Of a stretch of DNA of 64,000 bases, positions 28,236 to 37,259 are shown piece by piece. This stretch comes from Bacteroidaceae bacterium. Its GTDB lineage: Bacteria > Bacteroidota > Bacteroidia > Bacteroidales > Bacteroidaceae. The DNA lies in the NCBI GenBank assembly GCA_045640065.1, contig JAZUEH010000119.1:19075-83074 (forward strand). Direction: 5' to 3'. A program made the translations under genes and the position numbers. Below the pieces are notes generated by a model that was given only the letters and a program-made list of their open reading frames with translations, searched no databases and had not been told where the DNA came from. Within the stretch, counting starts at the first letter, position 1. Each line of letters opens with the position of its first letter.

Positions 28236-28594
28236 CATTATTCCTGTATTCTGTCTCATCACCAAAGCGTCTTAATTTAGATTTCGTCTAATTATCGCCG
28301 GTCGTTGACAATTAACATATCAATTTTAAAAAAGCGCTTAGGAACTTGTCAAAACGCAATCCGGAACCTTGCATACATTATTTCCAAAGAAGTTATCAAC
28401 AGGCTATAGTTCTCATTTACAAGTATTTAATAAAATGCAATATGCAGTTTTCAACACAACTGTAAAGATTATAGAAGTAGTTCATTCTCAGTTAATTACA
28501 GAAACCTGAAAAACGGTCCGTATTTTGGTATTTTGCCATTTGAAATAAGATTCCCAATTTTGCATTGCCGATAGAAACATCAGCACCTTTAATA

Positions 28595-29995
28595 ATGTCA
28601 ATAGCTGAGCTGAATTCAAAATGGGAGCAGTGTCTCGGGTTCATCCGGGATAATGTGTCGGAAAATGTTTTCGATGCATGGTTCACTGTCATTGTCCCCA
28701 TTTCATTTGAAAACGGTGAGTTGACAATCCAGGTTCCAAGCGGTTTCGTTTATGAATATCTGGAGCAGAACTGCCTTGGTGTCCTTAAGGCTGCTCTCAT
28801 AAAAGTATTTGGCCGTGGCGTCCAACTTTCATATAGTATTGTAACTGACAAGGAAAATGGTCTCCTCAGGAATGAAAGTTCACAAAATCTTACAAATACT
28901 GATATAAGGAAAACCGGATCAGCAGACAATAAAGCTCCAGTACCGTCCGATGCACCTCTTGTTCAGGATCTGAATCCCAATCTTGACAACAAATATCGTT
29001 TTGATAATTTTGTTGAAGGAAGCAGTAACAGGCTTGCAAGAACAGCCGCGGAAACTATTGCTCTCAATCCTGCAGGCACAGCATTCAATCCACTGTTCCT
29101 TTATGGCGCATCGGGAGTAGGCAAGACACATCTTGTAAATGCCATCGGCATGAAGGTACGTGAACTCCATCCTGAACTGAGAGTCCTGTACGTATCTGCA
29201 CATCTTTTCATGGTCCAATATGTGGATTCAGTCAGAAACAACACCATCAATGACTTCATCCATTTCTATCAGACCATAGATGTTCTGATTATAGATGACA
29301 TGCAGGAAATGGCAGGTCAGGCGAAAACCCAAAACACATTCTTCCACATATTCAACCACTTGCATCTCAACCACAAGCAGATAATAATGACAAGTGACCG
29401 TCCGCCAAAAGACATGAAGGATCTGGAAGAAAGGCTTGTGACAAGATTCAAATGGGGTCTTGTTGCAGAATTGGAAAGACCAGACTTTGAGTTGAGGGTG
29501 GACATTCTCAAGGAAAAGACCAGGAGAGAAGGACTTAATTTCCCTCAGGCAGTAATTAATTACATTGCTGAAAATATTACTGATAACGTCAGGGATTTGG
29601 AAGGTGTGATTGTTGCCATAATGGCCCACTCTACCATATACGGAAAGGATATTGACCTTGATTTGGCAAAACACGTGCTTGAAAAATCGCAAAGCTATGA
29701 GCGCAAGCCTGTCACAATCGACAACATTATCAGCAAAGTATGCGATTACTACAATCTTAGCCCGGAGTTGATTCAATCAAAATCACGCAAGCATGAAGTC
29801 GTACAAGCCAGACAGATAAGCATGTTCCTAGCCAACAAGTATCTGGACATGTCAACATCAAAGATCGGAGCACGTATAGGCAAACGCGATCATGCAACCG
29901 TTCTACATGCATTCGGTGCTGTACGCGACCAGATTCAGGTTGACAAGAGTTTCAGAGCCGATATAGAAAACATCGAAAGCAGTCTCCGCTGCTGA
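28595..29995 (+). CDS. dnaA: Chromosomal replication initiator protein DnaA
   Basis: AAA+ Walker A LYGASGVGKTHL, Walker B LIIDDMQ, and a C-terminal DNA-binding block (QARQISMFLANKYLDMSTSKIGARIGKRDHATVLHA). Start set at ATG MSIAELNSKWEQC; the track begins 10 codons upstream at a TTG. Confidence 0.95.
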   Translation: MSIAELNSKWEQCLGFIRDNVSENVFDAWFTVIVPISFENGELTIQVPSGFVYEYLEQNCLGVLKAALIKVFGRGVQLSYSIVTDKENGLLRNESSQNLTNTDIRKTGSADNKAPVPSDAPLVQDLNPNLDNKYRFDNFVEGSSNRLARTAAETIALNPAGTAFNPLFLYGASGVGKTHLVNAIGMKVRELHPELRVLYVSAHLFMVQYVDSVRNNTINDFIHFYQTIDVLIIDDMQEMAGQAKTQNTFFHIFNHLHLNHKQIIMTSDRPPKDMKDLEERLVTRFKWGLVAELERPDFELRVDILKEKTRREGLNFPQAVINYIAENITDNVRDLEGVIVAIMAHSTIYGKDIDLDLAKHVLEKSQSYERKPVTIDNIISKVCDYYNLSPELIQSKSRKHEVVQARQISMFLANKYLDMSTSKIGARIGKRDHATVLHAFGAVRDQIQVDKSFRADIENIESSLRC

Positions 29996-30367
29996 TCAAT
30001 CTCTGCTGACAACAAGAGAAAATGATGCACTATCACAAGGTGCACAAACAGGAGGATTCATTTTCGAGACCTTAATTTCCAAACCGGTTACAAGTTCCAG
30101 TTCATCCATCAGCCTTTGTACAATAGACCAGGTCAATGACTCAATAAGTGCGTGAGGAATCTCCATTTCACCAGCTATTATTCTTGAGGCTTGAGCATAA
30201 TTCACAGTATGGGACAGATTATCTGATTTGAGAGAAGCATCAACCTTGACATTCAAAGTCAGATCAACATTATACCATGCGCCTACAATGCGCTCCTGCG
30301 GTTCCACGCCATGATAGGCATAGAACCGCAGACCGCAAAGTGATATTTTCTGATCAGAAATGCGCAT
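29996..30367 (-). CDS. folB: Dihydroneopterin aldolase
   Basis: ISLCGLRFYAYHGVEPQERIVG is the typical FolB N-terminus. Start taken at MRISDQK (30367), which avoids overlap with the nrdJ 3' end. Confidence 0.8.
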   Translation of the reverse strand: MRISDQKISLCGLRFYAYHGVEPQERIVGAWYNVDLTLNVKVDASLKSDNLSHTVNYAQASRIIAGEMEIPHALIESLTWSIVQRLMDELELVTGLEIKVSKMNPPVCAPCDSASFSLVVSRD

Positions 30368-30368
30368 A

Positions 30369-32957
30369 TTATCCGCAACGTGAAGACCCACAGTTCTTAC
30401 AGATGAGACATCCTTCCTGATATACAAGAGATTCAGAACCGCAAACAGAACATTTCTCGCCTGACACTGCAGTACCGTCCTGAACGTATTTCTTCAGTGC
30501 ACGTTCAACGCCATTCTTCCAGTTATTGATATTCTCACTTCCGAGATCCAGGGAAGCAATAAGTTTCATGCACAGGTCTATAGGCATCTGATAACGGAGT
30601 ACGCCTGAAATAAGCTTGGCATAATTCCAGTATTCCTTATCGAACTTCTCGCTCAGACCTTCAATAGTAACCTTATAACCACGTTTGTTTACAAATTGGA
30701 AGTCATAACGCTTATTGCCGTTCTCATCGATATTTTTAATGATAAGTCCACGTTCAACGGTCTTTGGAAGGGCTATTCCTTCCTCATCATCCTGGAAACC
30801 GGTAAAGATTTCGTATGGACGACCATTGAGCAGACCGACAAAGGCAACCCATTTCTCCTTATTATTCTGAAAGCGGACCACATCGGCCTCAAGAATACGC
30901 GGGCGAGTCTCAACGACTTCACGAGGATGACAATCGCCGGGAGCCATAAGCGGTTCCTTGGTATCCTTCTTTACGGAATCCTTTGAAGTATCCTTCTTCT
31001 CACCCTTCAGGTCAACAAGAACTCCATCACGTGAACCCTCGCGATATACAGTACAACCCTTACATCCACACTTCCAGGCCTCTACATACAACTGGCCCAC
31101 AAGTTCTTCTGAAACATCGGCCGGAAGGTTTATGGTAACACTGATTGAATGGTCAACCCACTTCTGCAGACGGCCCTGCATGCGAACCTTATTGAGCCAG
31201 TCAACATCCTGAGCTGTTGCCTTGTAGTAGGGTGAACGGGCAACAAGTTCGTCAATCTGTTCCTGTGAAAAATTCTGAGAAGGATCTATTCCATTAGCCT
31301 TCATCCAGTCCACAAACTTGTGGTGGAAAACTATGTATTCCTCAAAGGAATCACCGTTTACATCGGTGAAAGTGACATTGGCATTCTCATCATCCCTATT
31401 GACCTTGCGGCGACGTTTGTAAACGGGCATGAACACAGGCTCCAATCCTGAAGTAGTCTGAGTCATAAGACTGACTGTACCGGTCGGAGCTATAGTCAGA
31501 CACGCAATATTCCGACGTCCATACTTCTTCATATCCTGATAGAGCTGCTCATCGGCCTCCTTGATACGCATAATGAAAGGATTGTCCTTTTCACGCTTCC
31601 AGTCAAAGACCTCAAATGCGCCACGTTCACGGGCCATGTCCACTGAAGAACGGTATGCCGCAAGGGCAAGAGTACGCTGAACGCTTTCTGCAAATTGAGT
31701 AGCCTCATCAGTGCCATAGCGCAGTCCCATAGCAGCCAGCATGTCACCTTCGCCGGTAATGCCGACACCGGTACGACGACCCATAAGACTCTTGCGCATG
31801 ATCTTCTCCCACAGACGTTTTTCAGTATATTTCGTTTCGTCGTTTTCCGGATCACTTGCTATCTTGGCCTGAATCATTTCAATCTTTTCGATTTCCAGGT
31901 CAATGATGTCATCCATAATACGCTGGGCTACTGCCACATGCTGACGGAACAGATCGAAATCGAAGCTTGCCTCAGGTGTGAATGGATTCTTCACATAAGA
32001 ATAAAGGTTTATGGCAAGAAGACGACAACTGTCATATGGACAAAGCGGAATTTCACCACAAGGATTAGTACTGACAGTACGGAAACCAAGATCGGCATAG
32101 CAGTCAGGCACTGATTCCCGAAGTATGGTATCCCAGAACAACACGCCCGGTTCTGCACTCTTCCAGGCGTTGTGGACAATCTTCTTCCAAAGTTCCTGGG
32201 CATCCACCTCACGTGTATACTTAGGCTGATCTGAATCAATGGGATATGTCTGCATATATGGCTTGCCTTCAACAGCAGCCTGCATGAATGCATCATCAAT
32301 CTTCACTGAGACATTGGCACCGGTAACCTTTCCACTTGTCATTTTAGCATCAATGAACGATTCCGAATCCGGGTGCTTGATTGAAACGCTCAGCATAAGA
32401 GCACCGCGACGGCCGTCCTGAGCAACCTCACGGGTCGAATTGGAAAAACGCTCCATAAACGGAACCAAGCCGGTTGATGTAAGAGCGGAATTCTTAACGG
32501 GAGAACCCTTGGGACGGATGTGAGACAGATCATGGCCAACTCCACCACGACGCTTCATGAGCTGGACCTGCTCTTCATCGGTCTTCATGATTGCGCCATA
32601 AGAGTCTGACGATCCCTCATTACCTATCACGAAACAATTGGAAAGGGAGGCTATCTGATAATTGTTGCCAATACCTGTCATTGGGCTTCCCTGAGGAACA
32701 ATGTACTTGAATCCTTCAAGCAAATCATGGATTCTCTGAGCATCCAGAGGATTGGCATATTTTGCCTCTACCCGTGAAATCTCGTTGGCAATTCTCCAAT
32801 GCATGTCATCTGGAGTCTTCTCGTAAATGTTGCCGAACGAATCCTTGACCGCGTATTTGTTAACCCATACTTTCGCAGCCAGTTCATCGCCGCCAAAGTA
32901 TTCGACCGAAGCCTTGAATGCTTCATCAAACGAATAAGTCTGTTTGCCGTCTGCCAT
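30369..32957 (-). CDS. nrdJ: Adenosylcobalamin-dependent (class II) ribonucleotide reductase
   Basis: 862 aa. N-terminus FGGDELAAKVWVNKYAVKD (class II N-domain type), active-site STNPCGEIPL, and Cys-rich C-terminal tail CSVCGSESLVYQEGCLICKNCGSSRCG. No ATP-cone and no adjacent nrdB. Confidence 0.85.
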   Translation of the reverse strand: MADGKQTYSFDEAFKASVEYFGGDELAAKVWVNKYAVKDSFGNIYEKTPDDMHWRIANEISRVEAKYANPLDAQRIHDLLEGFKYIVPQGSPMTGIGNNYQIASLSNCFVIGNEGSSDSYGAIMKTDEEQVQLMKRRGGVGHDLSHIRPKGSPVKNSALTSTGLVPFMERFSNSTREVAQDGRRGALMLSVSIKHPDSESFIDAKMTSGKVTGANVSVKIDDAFMQAAVEGKPYMQTYPIDSDQPKYTREVDAQELWKKIVHNAWKSAEPGVLFWDTILRESVPDCYADLGFRTVSTNPCGEIPLCPYDSCRLLAINLYSYVKNPFTPEASFDFDLFRQHVAVAQRIMDDIIDLEIEKIEMIQAKIASDPENDETKYTEKRLWEKIMRKSLMGRRTGVGITGEGDMLAAMGLRYGTDEATQFAESVQRTLALAAYRSSVDMARERGAFEVFDWKREKDNPFIMRIKEADEQLYQDMKKYGRRNIACLTIAPTGTVSLMTQTTSGLEPVFMPVYKRRRKVNRDDENANVTFTDVNGDSFEEYIVFHHKFVDWMKANGIDPSQNFSQEQIDELVARSPYYKATAQDVDWLNKVRMQGRLQKWVDHSISVTINLPADVSEELVGQLYVEAWKCGCKGCTVYREGSRDGVLVDLKGEKKDTSKDSVKKDTKEPLMAPGDCHPREVVETRPRILEADVVRFQNNKEKWVAFVGLLNGRPYEIFTGFQDDEEGIALPKTVERGLIIKNIDENGNKRYDFQFVNKRGYKVTIEGLSEKFDKEYWNYAKLISGVLRYQMPIDLCMKLIASLDLGSENINNWKNGVERALKKYVQDGTAVSGEKCSVCGSESLVYQEGCLICKNCGSSRCG

Positions 32958-33028
32958 TACAAAATGTTATTTATTGTTTGTCAACTTCACAAAAAAAACT
33001 CAGCCCACTTGTTTGTGGTAGAGCGGAG

Positions 33029-33036
33029 CAAATGTA
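33029..33036 (-). promoter_or_regulatory. Candidate -7 promoter box (TACATTTG) for nrdJ
   Basis: The + strand CAAATGTA is TAnnTTTG on the minus strand, ~72 nt upstream of the nrdJ ATG (32957). Confidence 0.35.
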
Positions 33037-33193
33037 TCAACAAATTCGCAGACGATAAAGAAAAAATAAAAATAAAGTTATCAACCGAATTTATAGAGTT
33101 TTCCGTTTTAACAATATATAACTCTAAAATCCAGCTAATTACGTTTTTCCTTACATTAAAAAGTTTTCCGTTTTAGAAATCAAAAGCAAGAAA

Positions 33194-35662
33194 TTATTCA
33201 GTATAATAAATTCTTTTCACTCGTGTAGAGATAGTTGAAATAATCTCATATGGTATTGTTCCAAGTTCGTCAGACAACAGGCTGACCGGAAGATCAGGAC
33301 CGAAAATCTCGACTTTGTCACCCTCCTGACAATCAATATCCGTAACGTCAATCATGCATACATCCATACAGATATTCCCGACATACCATGCCTTCTTCCC
33401 GCCCACAAGACAGTACGCATGTCCGTTGCCGAGATGGCGGTCCAGTCCATCGGCGTATCCGATAGGTATGGCCGCTATCCTGGACGTACGCTTCAACACG
33501 CCACGACGGCTGTATCCGACTGTCTCGGAAGGTTCAAGAGTACGGATCTGCAGAATGGTAGTCTTAAGGGTGAACACATTGGAAAGAGAGCTGTTGTCAA
33601 GAGGACTGATGCCGTACAGTCCAAGCCCGAGCCTAACCATATCGTTATGATACTGCGGGAATCGCTCAATGCCAGCCGAATTACAGATATGACGGATAAT
33701 GTGATGCTCGAAACCAGTCTGCAGTTCATCGGCCGCCTGTTTGAAAAAAGAGGCTTGAGTATGAGTGAAATCGTCAAAGCTATTGGAATCACTGCCCACA
33801 AAATGCGAGAAAACAGAATAGGGGACCAGAGAGTTCTGACTTCCCAGACGTTTCACAAGCCGTTCCATATCTGATGGTTGGAAGCCTAACCGATGCATTC
33901 CAGTATCGATCTTGATATGTATCGGGAAACCGGTAATACCACGACGTTCAGCCGCATGGATCAATGCCTCGAGCAGTCCGAAACTATAAACCTCAGGCTC
34001 AAGTTTCCAGTCAAAAAGAGTATTGAAAGATGTCCTTTCAGGATTCATCACCATTATTCCCGTATTGATTCCGGCACGTCGCAGTTCGCAGCCCTCATCG
34101 GCTACAGCTACAGCCAGATAATCAACTTTTCGATCCTGTAAAGTACGCGCCACCTCGATGGCTCCGGCCCCGTATGCCGATGCCTTGACCATGCACACCA
34201 TGCGTGTATCAGGCGACAGCATTGAACGATAGCGTTCCAGATTTTCTGCAATACCGTGAAGACTGACCTCGAGAATGGTCTCATGAACCTTAAGTTCAAG
34301 CCGTTCCACAATCTGTTCGAAACGGAACACCCTGGCACCCTTGACCAGTATCATTTCATCATGCAGGGAATCGGGTATATCGGACTTCAGAAATTCCTGA
34401 GTAGTCTCAAAGAAATGTTTTTCACTGACTGCGAAGCGCTTCTGAGACTGCATGATTTCCGTACCTATCGCAATGAGTTTGTCTATTCCGCGACTCTCAA
34501 TAAGCTGTGCCACTCTTCTGTACAGTTCAGAATTGGACAGTCCGGATTGAAGTATGTCAGACAATATGAGTGTTCTTCCGGATTTTTTCCCTTCCACACG
34601 ACGAGCCATGAAATCCAGAGCTATTCCAAGCGATGAGATGTCATTACTATAACTGTCGTTAATGACTATGCAGCCGTTCTTTCCATCCTTGACCTCAAGC
34701 CTCATGGCCAAAGGTTCCAAAGTGGCCATACGTTTGGCGATAGTATCAGGTGTCATCATCAGATACAGACACACGGCGAGACAATTCAGGGAGTTCTCAA
34801 TCGAAGCATCATCAGTGAATGGAATGGTATAGCTACCTACCAGTCCTATGAAACGATACTCTACAAGAGTGGAATTCTGTCCCCTTTCAATTTTCGAAAT
34901 GAACAATGGCTTCTCCTGATTCTTCCGCGACCAGGCTATTTCACGCGCTGTAACTACAGTCTTGTTCACGCAATCCTGAATCAGAGTATTGTCCCCGTCA
35001 TATATGATGACATCACAACCACGAAACAGTTTCAGTTTTTCCATGCACTTCTCCTGCATGGATGAGAAATTCTCCTGATGCGCCTGACCTATGTTTGAAA
35101 TCACACCTATTGTGGGCGCAATCACCTTCCACAACCTGGACATCTCATCCTTGCGCGAAATGCCTGCTTCAAATATGCCAAGCTGAGTCTGATCATTCAT
35201 GAGCCAGGCAGAAAGCGGAACTCCGATCTGCGAATTATAGCTGCGCGGCGATCGGGTGACATGACGGTCAGGCTCCAGCAGCTGATACAGCCATTCTTTT
35301 ATAACAGTCTTTCCATTGCTGCCCGTAATTCCAACTACAGGTACGCTGAATTTAGCCCGATGGCACGCTGCCAGAGTCTGCAACGCCTGAAGTGTATCAC
35401 GGACAAGAAGAAAATTGCACTCAGAAAATGAATCAAGCGAGTCAGGCAAGCGGCTGACAACAAAATTTCTCACTCCATGCCCGTACAGTTCTCCTATATA
35501 TTCATGTCCGTCTCTTCTGGGACCCTGAAGTGCGAAGAAAAGGCTCTCCTGAGGAAAACACAATGAACGGCTGTCTGTAAGAAGGGTCGTTATCACTGCC
35601 GGACAGGATCCGTGTCTTTCAGCGTTGATTATCTGACTGATATCATCAATTGAATAGGTCAT
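33194..35662 (-). CDS. Bifunctional MurF-like UDP-MurNAc-peptide ligase / alanine racemase fusion
   Basis: The N-terminal half is Mur-ligase like (VVGITGSNGKTVIKEW P-loop). The C-terminal half is alanine racemase (PLP-Lys motif VKASAYGAGA, YSRRG, GYADG). ATG MTYSIDD at 35662 is preferred over the track's TTG at 35692. Confidence 0.88.
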   Translation of the reverse strand: MTYSIDDISQIINAERHGSCPAVITTLLTDSRSLCFPQESLFFALQGPRRDGHEYIGELYGHGVRNFVVSRLPDSLDSFSECNFLLVRDTLQALQTLAACHRAKFSVPVVGITGSNGKTVIKEWLYQLLEPDRHVTRSPRSYNSQIGVPLSAWLMNDQTQLGIFEAGISRKDEMSRLWKVIAPTIGVISNIGQAHQENFSSMQEKCMEKLKLFRGCDVIIYDGDNTLIQDCVNKTVVTAREIAWSRKNQEKPLFISKIERGQNSTLVEYRFIGLVGSYTIPFTDDASIENSLNCLAVCLYLMMTPDTIAKRMATLEPLAMRLEVKDGKNGCIVINDSYSNDISSLGIALDFMARRVEGKKSGRTLILSDILQSGLSNSELYRRVAQLIESRGIDKLIAIGTEIMQSQKRFAVSEKHFFETTQEFLKSDIPDSLHDEMILVKGARVFRFEQIVERLELKVHETILEVSLHGIAENLERYRSMLSPDTRMVCMVKASAYGAGAIEVARTLQDRKVDYLAVAVADEGCELRRAGINTGIMVMNPERTSFNTLFDWKLEPEVYSFGLLEALIHAAERRGITGFPIHIKIDTGMHRLGFQPSDMERLVKRLGSQNSLVPYSVFSHFVGSDSNSFDDFTHTQASFFKQAADELQTGFEHHIIRHICNSAGIERFPQYHNDMVRLGLGLYGISPLDNSSLSNVFTLKTTILQIRTLEPSETVGYSRRGVLKRTSRIAAIPIGYADGLDRHLGNGHAYCLVGGKKAWYVGNICMDVCMIDVTDIDCQEGDKVEIFGPDLPVSLLSDELGTIPYEIISTISTRVKRIYYTE

Positions 35663-35720
35663 TGCAATATGTGGTTCCGTAAAATCACCCAAAGTTAGCC
35701 ATTATTTATTTTATAATGTA

Positions 35721-35728
35721 TATCTTTG
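35721..35728 (+). promoter_or_regulatory. Candidate -7 promoter box TATCTTTG for the MFS transporter gene
   Basis: Exact TAnnTTTG match, 41 nt upstream of the ATG at 35769. Confidence 0.45.
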
Positions 35729-35768
35729 GGAGTTTTGAACTGGAAACAACCAATTAACCATATTTTTC

Positions 35769-37199
35769 ATGAGTACCCCGAATAAGATGAAAAGTACAGC
35801 CATGACCAACTTCCGTTGGGTTATGGTAGCGCTTCTGTTCTTTGCGACAACAATCAATTACATGGACCGTCAGGTTCTGTCACTGACCTGGAAGGATTTC
35901 ATTTCACAAGACTTCTCGTGGACTGACAGCCAATACGGAACCATAACAGGTTTCTTCTCGATCTTCTATGCGATAGCCTGCCTTTTCGCAGGAAAGTTCA
36001 TTGACTGGCTCGGAACCAGGAAGGGTTATCTGTGGGCTATATTCATCTGGTCAATCGGTGCATGTCTCCATGCCGCCTGCGGATGGGCCGCCATCAAGTT
36101 CGGCAATGCTTTCGGCCTGGTTATCACCACAGCATCGGTCTATCTTTTCATTTTCTGCCGCATGGTTCTGGCACTGGGCGAATCGGGCAATTTCCCTGCT
36201 GCCATCAAAGTCACCGCAGAATACTTCCCGAAGAAAGACCGCGCATTCGCGACATCAATCTTCAACGCCGGAGCTTCAGTCGGAGCTCTTGTGGCCCCAG
36301 CCACAATCCCTCTGCTCGCCTCCAGATGGGGATGGGAAATGGCATTCATAATAATAGGAGCCCTTGGCTTCGTCTGGATGCTGTTCTGGTTCCTGCTTTA
36401 TGAGAGCCCCGAAAAGTCAAAACGCGTGAACACAGCCGAACTGGAATATATCCATCAGGACGACGCCCAGGAAGCAGCCGAAGCAGCAGCTTCAGCACTG
36501 GAAGCAAAGAAAGAGAAGAGCATACCTTTCTTCAAGTGTTTCACATTCCGTCAGACATGGGCTTTCATCTGCGGCAAATTCTTCACTGACGGCGTCTGGT
36601 GGTTCTTCCTTTTCTGGGCACCTGCATATTTCTCGGACCAGTATGGTTACCGTTCGGATTCAAAGGAAGCCATAATGCTGATTTTCGTTCTGTATCTGAT
36701 TGTAACAGTAGTCAGCATAGGCGGCGGATACCTGCCTAAATATTTCGTTGAGAAGAAAGGAATGGATCCTTACCCCGGACGCATGAAAGCAATGCTCATC
36801 TTTGCATTCTTCCCTCTTCTGGCTCTGTTTGCACAACCACTCGGACAGTACAGTGCATGGTTCCCGGCCATCATCATCGGACTTGCCGGTGCAGGACATC
36901 AGGCATGGTCAGCCAATCTGTATTCCACCATCGGAGACATGTTCCCCAAATCGACCATCGGTACCATTACCGGAGTCGGCACCACAATGGGTGGTCTGGC
37001 ATCGTTCATGATCAACAAGGGCGCCGGTATGCTGTTCACCAAGAGCGCGGCCATGGGTTCAGCCTTCACATTCATGGGATTTGAAGGAAAGGAAGCCGGA
37101 TACATGATAGTCTTCTGTATTTGTGCTGTAGCCTATCTGATTGGATGGACTGTAATGAAACTTCTTGTTCCTAAATACAAGCCCATACAAATTGACTGA
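35769..37199 (+). CDS. MFS transporter (ACS/hexuronate-transporter-like)
   Basis: 476 aa with ~12 TM segments. YMDRQVLSL and GESGNFPA blocks are typical of ExuT-like MFS proteins. The central loop carries an acidic/Ala-rich insert. Confidence 0.8.
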   Translation: MSTPNKMKSTAMTNFRWVMVALLFFATTINYMDRQVLSLTWKDFISQDFSWTDSQYGTITGFFSIFYAIACLFAGKFIDWLGTRKGYLWAIFIWSIGACLHAACGWAAIKFGNAFGLVITTASVYLFIFCRMVLALGESGNFPAAIKVTAEYFPKKDRAFATSIFNAGASVGALVAPATIPLLASRWGWEMAFIIIGALGFVWMLFWFLLYESPEKSKRVNTAELEYIHQDDAQEAAEAAASALEAKKEKSIPFFKCFTFRQTWAFICGKFFTDGVWWFFLFWAPAYFSDQYGYRSDSKEAIMLIFVLYLIVTVVSIGGGYLPKYFVEKKGMDPYPGRMKAMLIFAFFPLLALFAQPLGQYSAWFPAIIIGLAGAGHQAWSANLYSTIGDMFPKSTIGTITGVGTTMGGLASFMINKGAGMLFTKSAAMGSAFTFMGFEGKEAGYMIVFCICAVAYLIGWTVMKLLVPKYKPIQID

Positions 37200-37206
37200 C
37201 CCCACA

Positions 37207-37230
37207 TTTGAACAAATGTTAGTATCTTTG
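37207..37230 (+). promoter_or_regulatory. Candidate promoter for dxs (-33 TTTG, -7 TATCTTTG)
   Basis: TTTG at 37207-37210 and an exact TAnnTTTG at 37223-37230, 30 nt upstream of ATG 37260. The spacer is shorter than usual. Confidence 0.4.
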
Positions 37231-37259
37231 CGGTCCGTTTGAACTGGAGAAAAAAGACG

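Noticed and set aside
28236-28594. Possible oriC next to dnaA
   Set aside because: I found only one 8/9 DnaA-box-like site (TTATCAACA, 28393-28401) and one weaker site (TTTTCAACA, 28448-28456). There is no box cluster and no obvious repeated AT-rich 13-mers. Bacteroidales origins are often not adjacent to dnaA. A genome-wide GC-skew and DnaA-box analysis would be needed.
32958-33193. B12 riboswitch or NrdR box upstream of nrdJ
   Set aside because: I saw no B12-box-like conserved core or multi-stem structure. The AACAATATATAACT segment is not a proper palindrome and matches the NrdR consensus only in its AT core.
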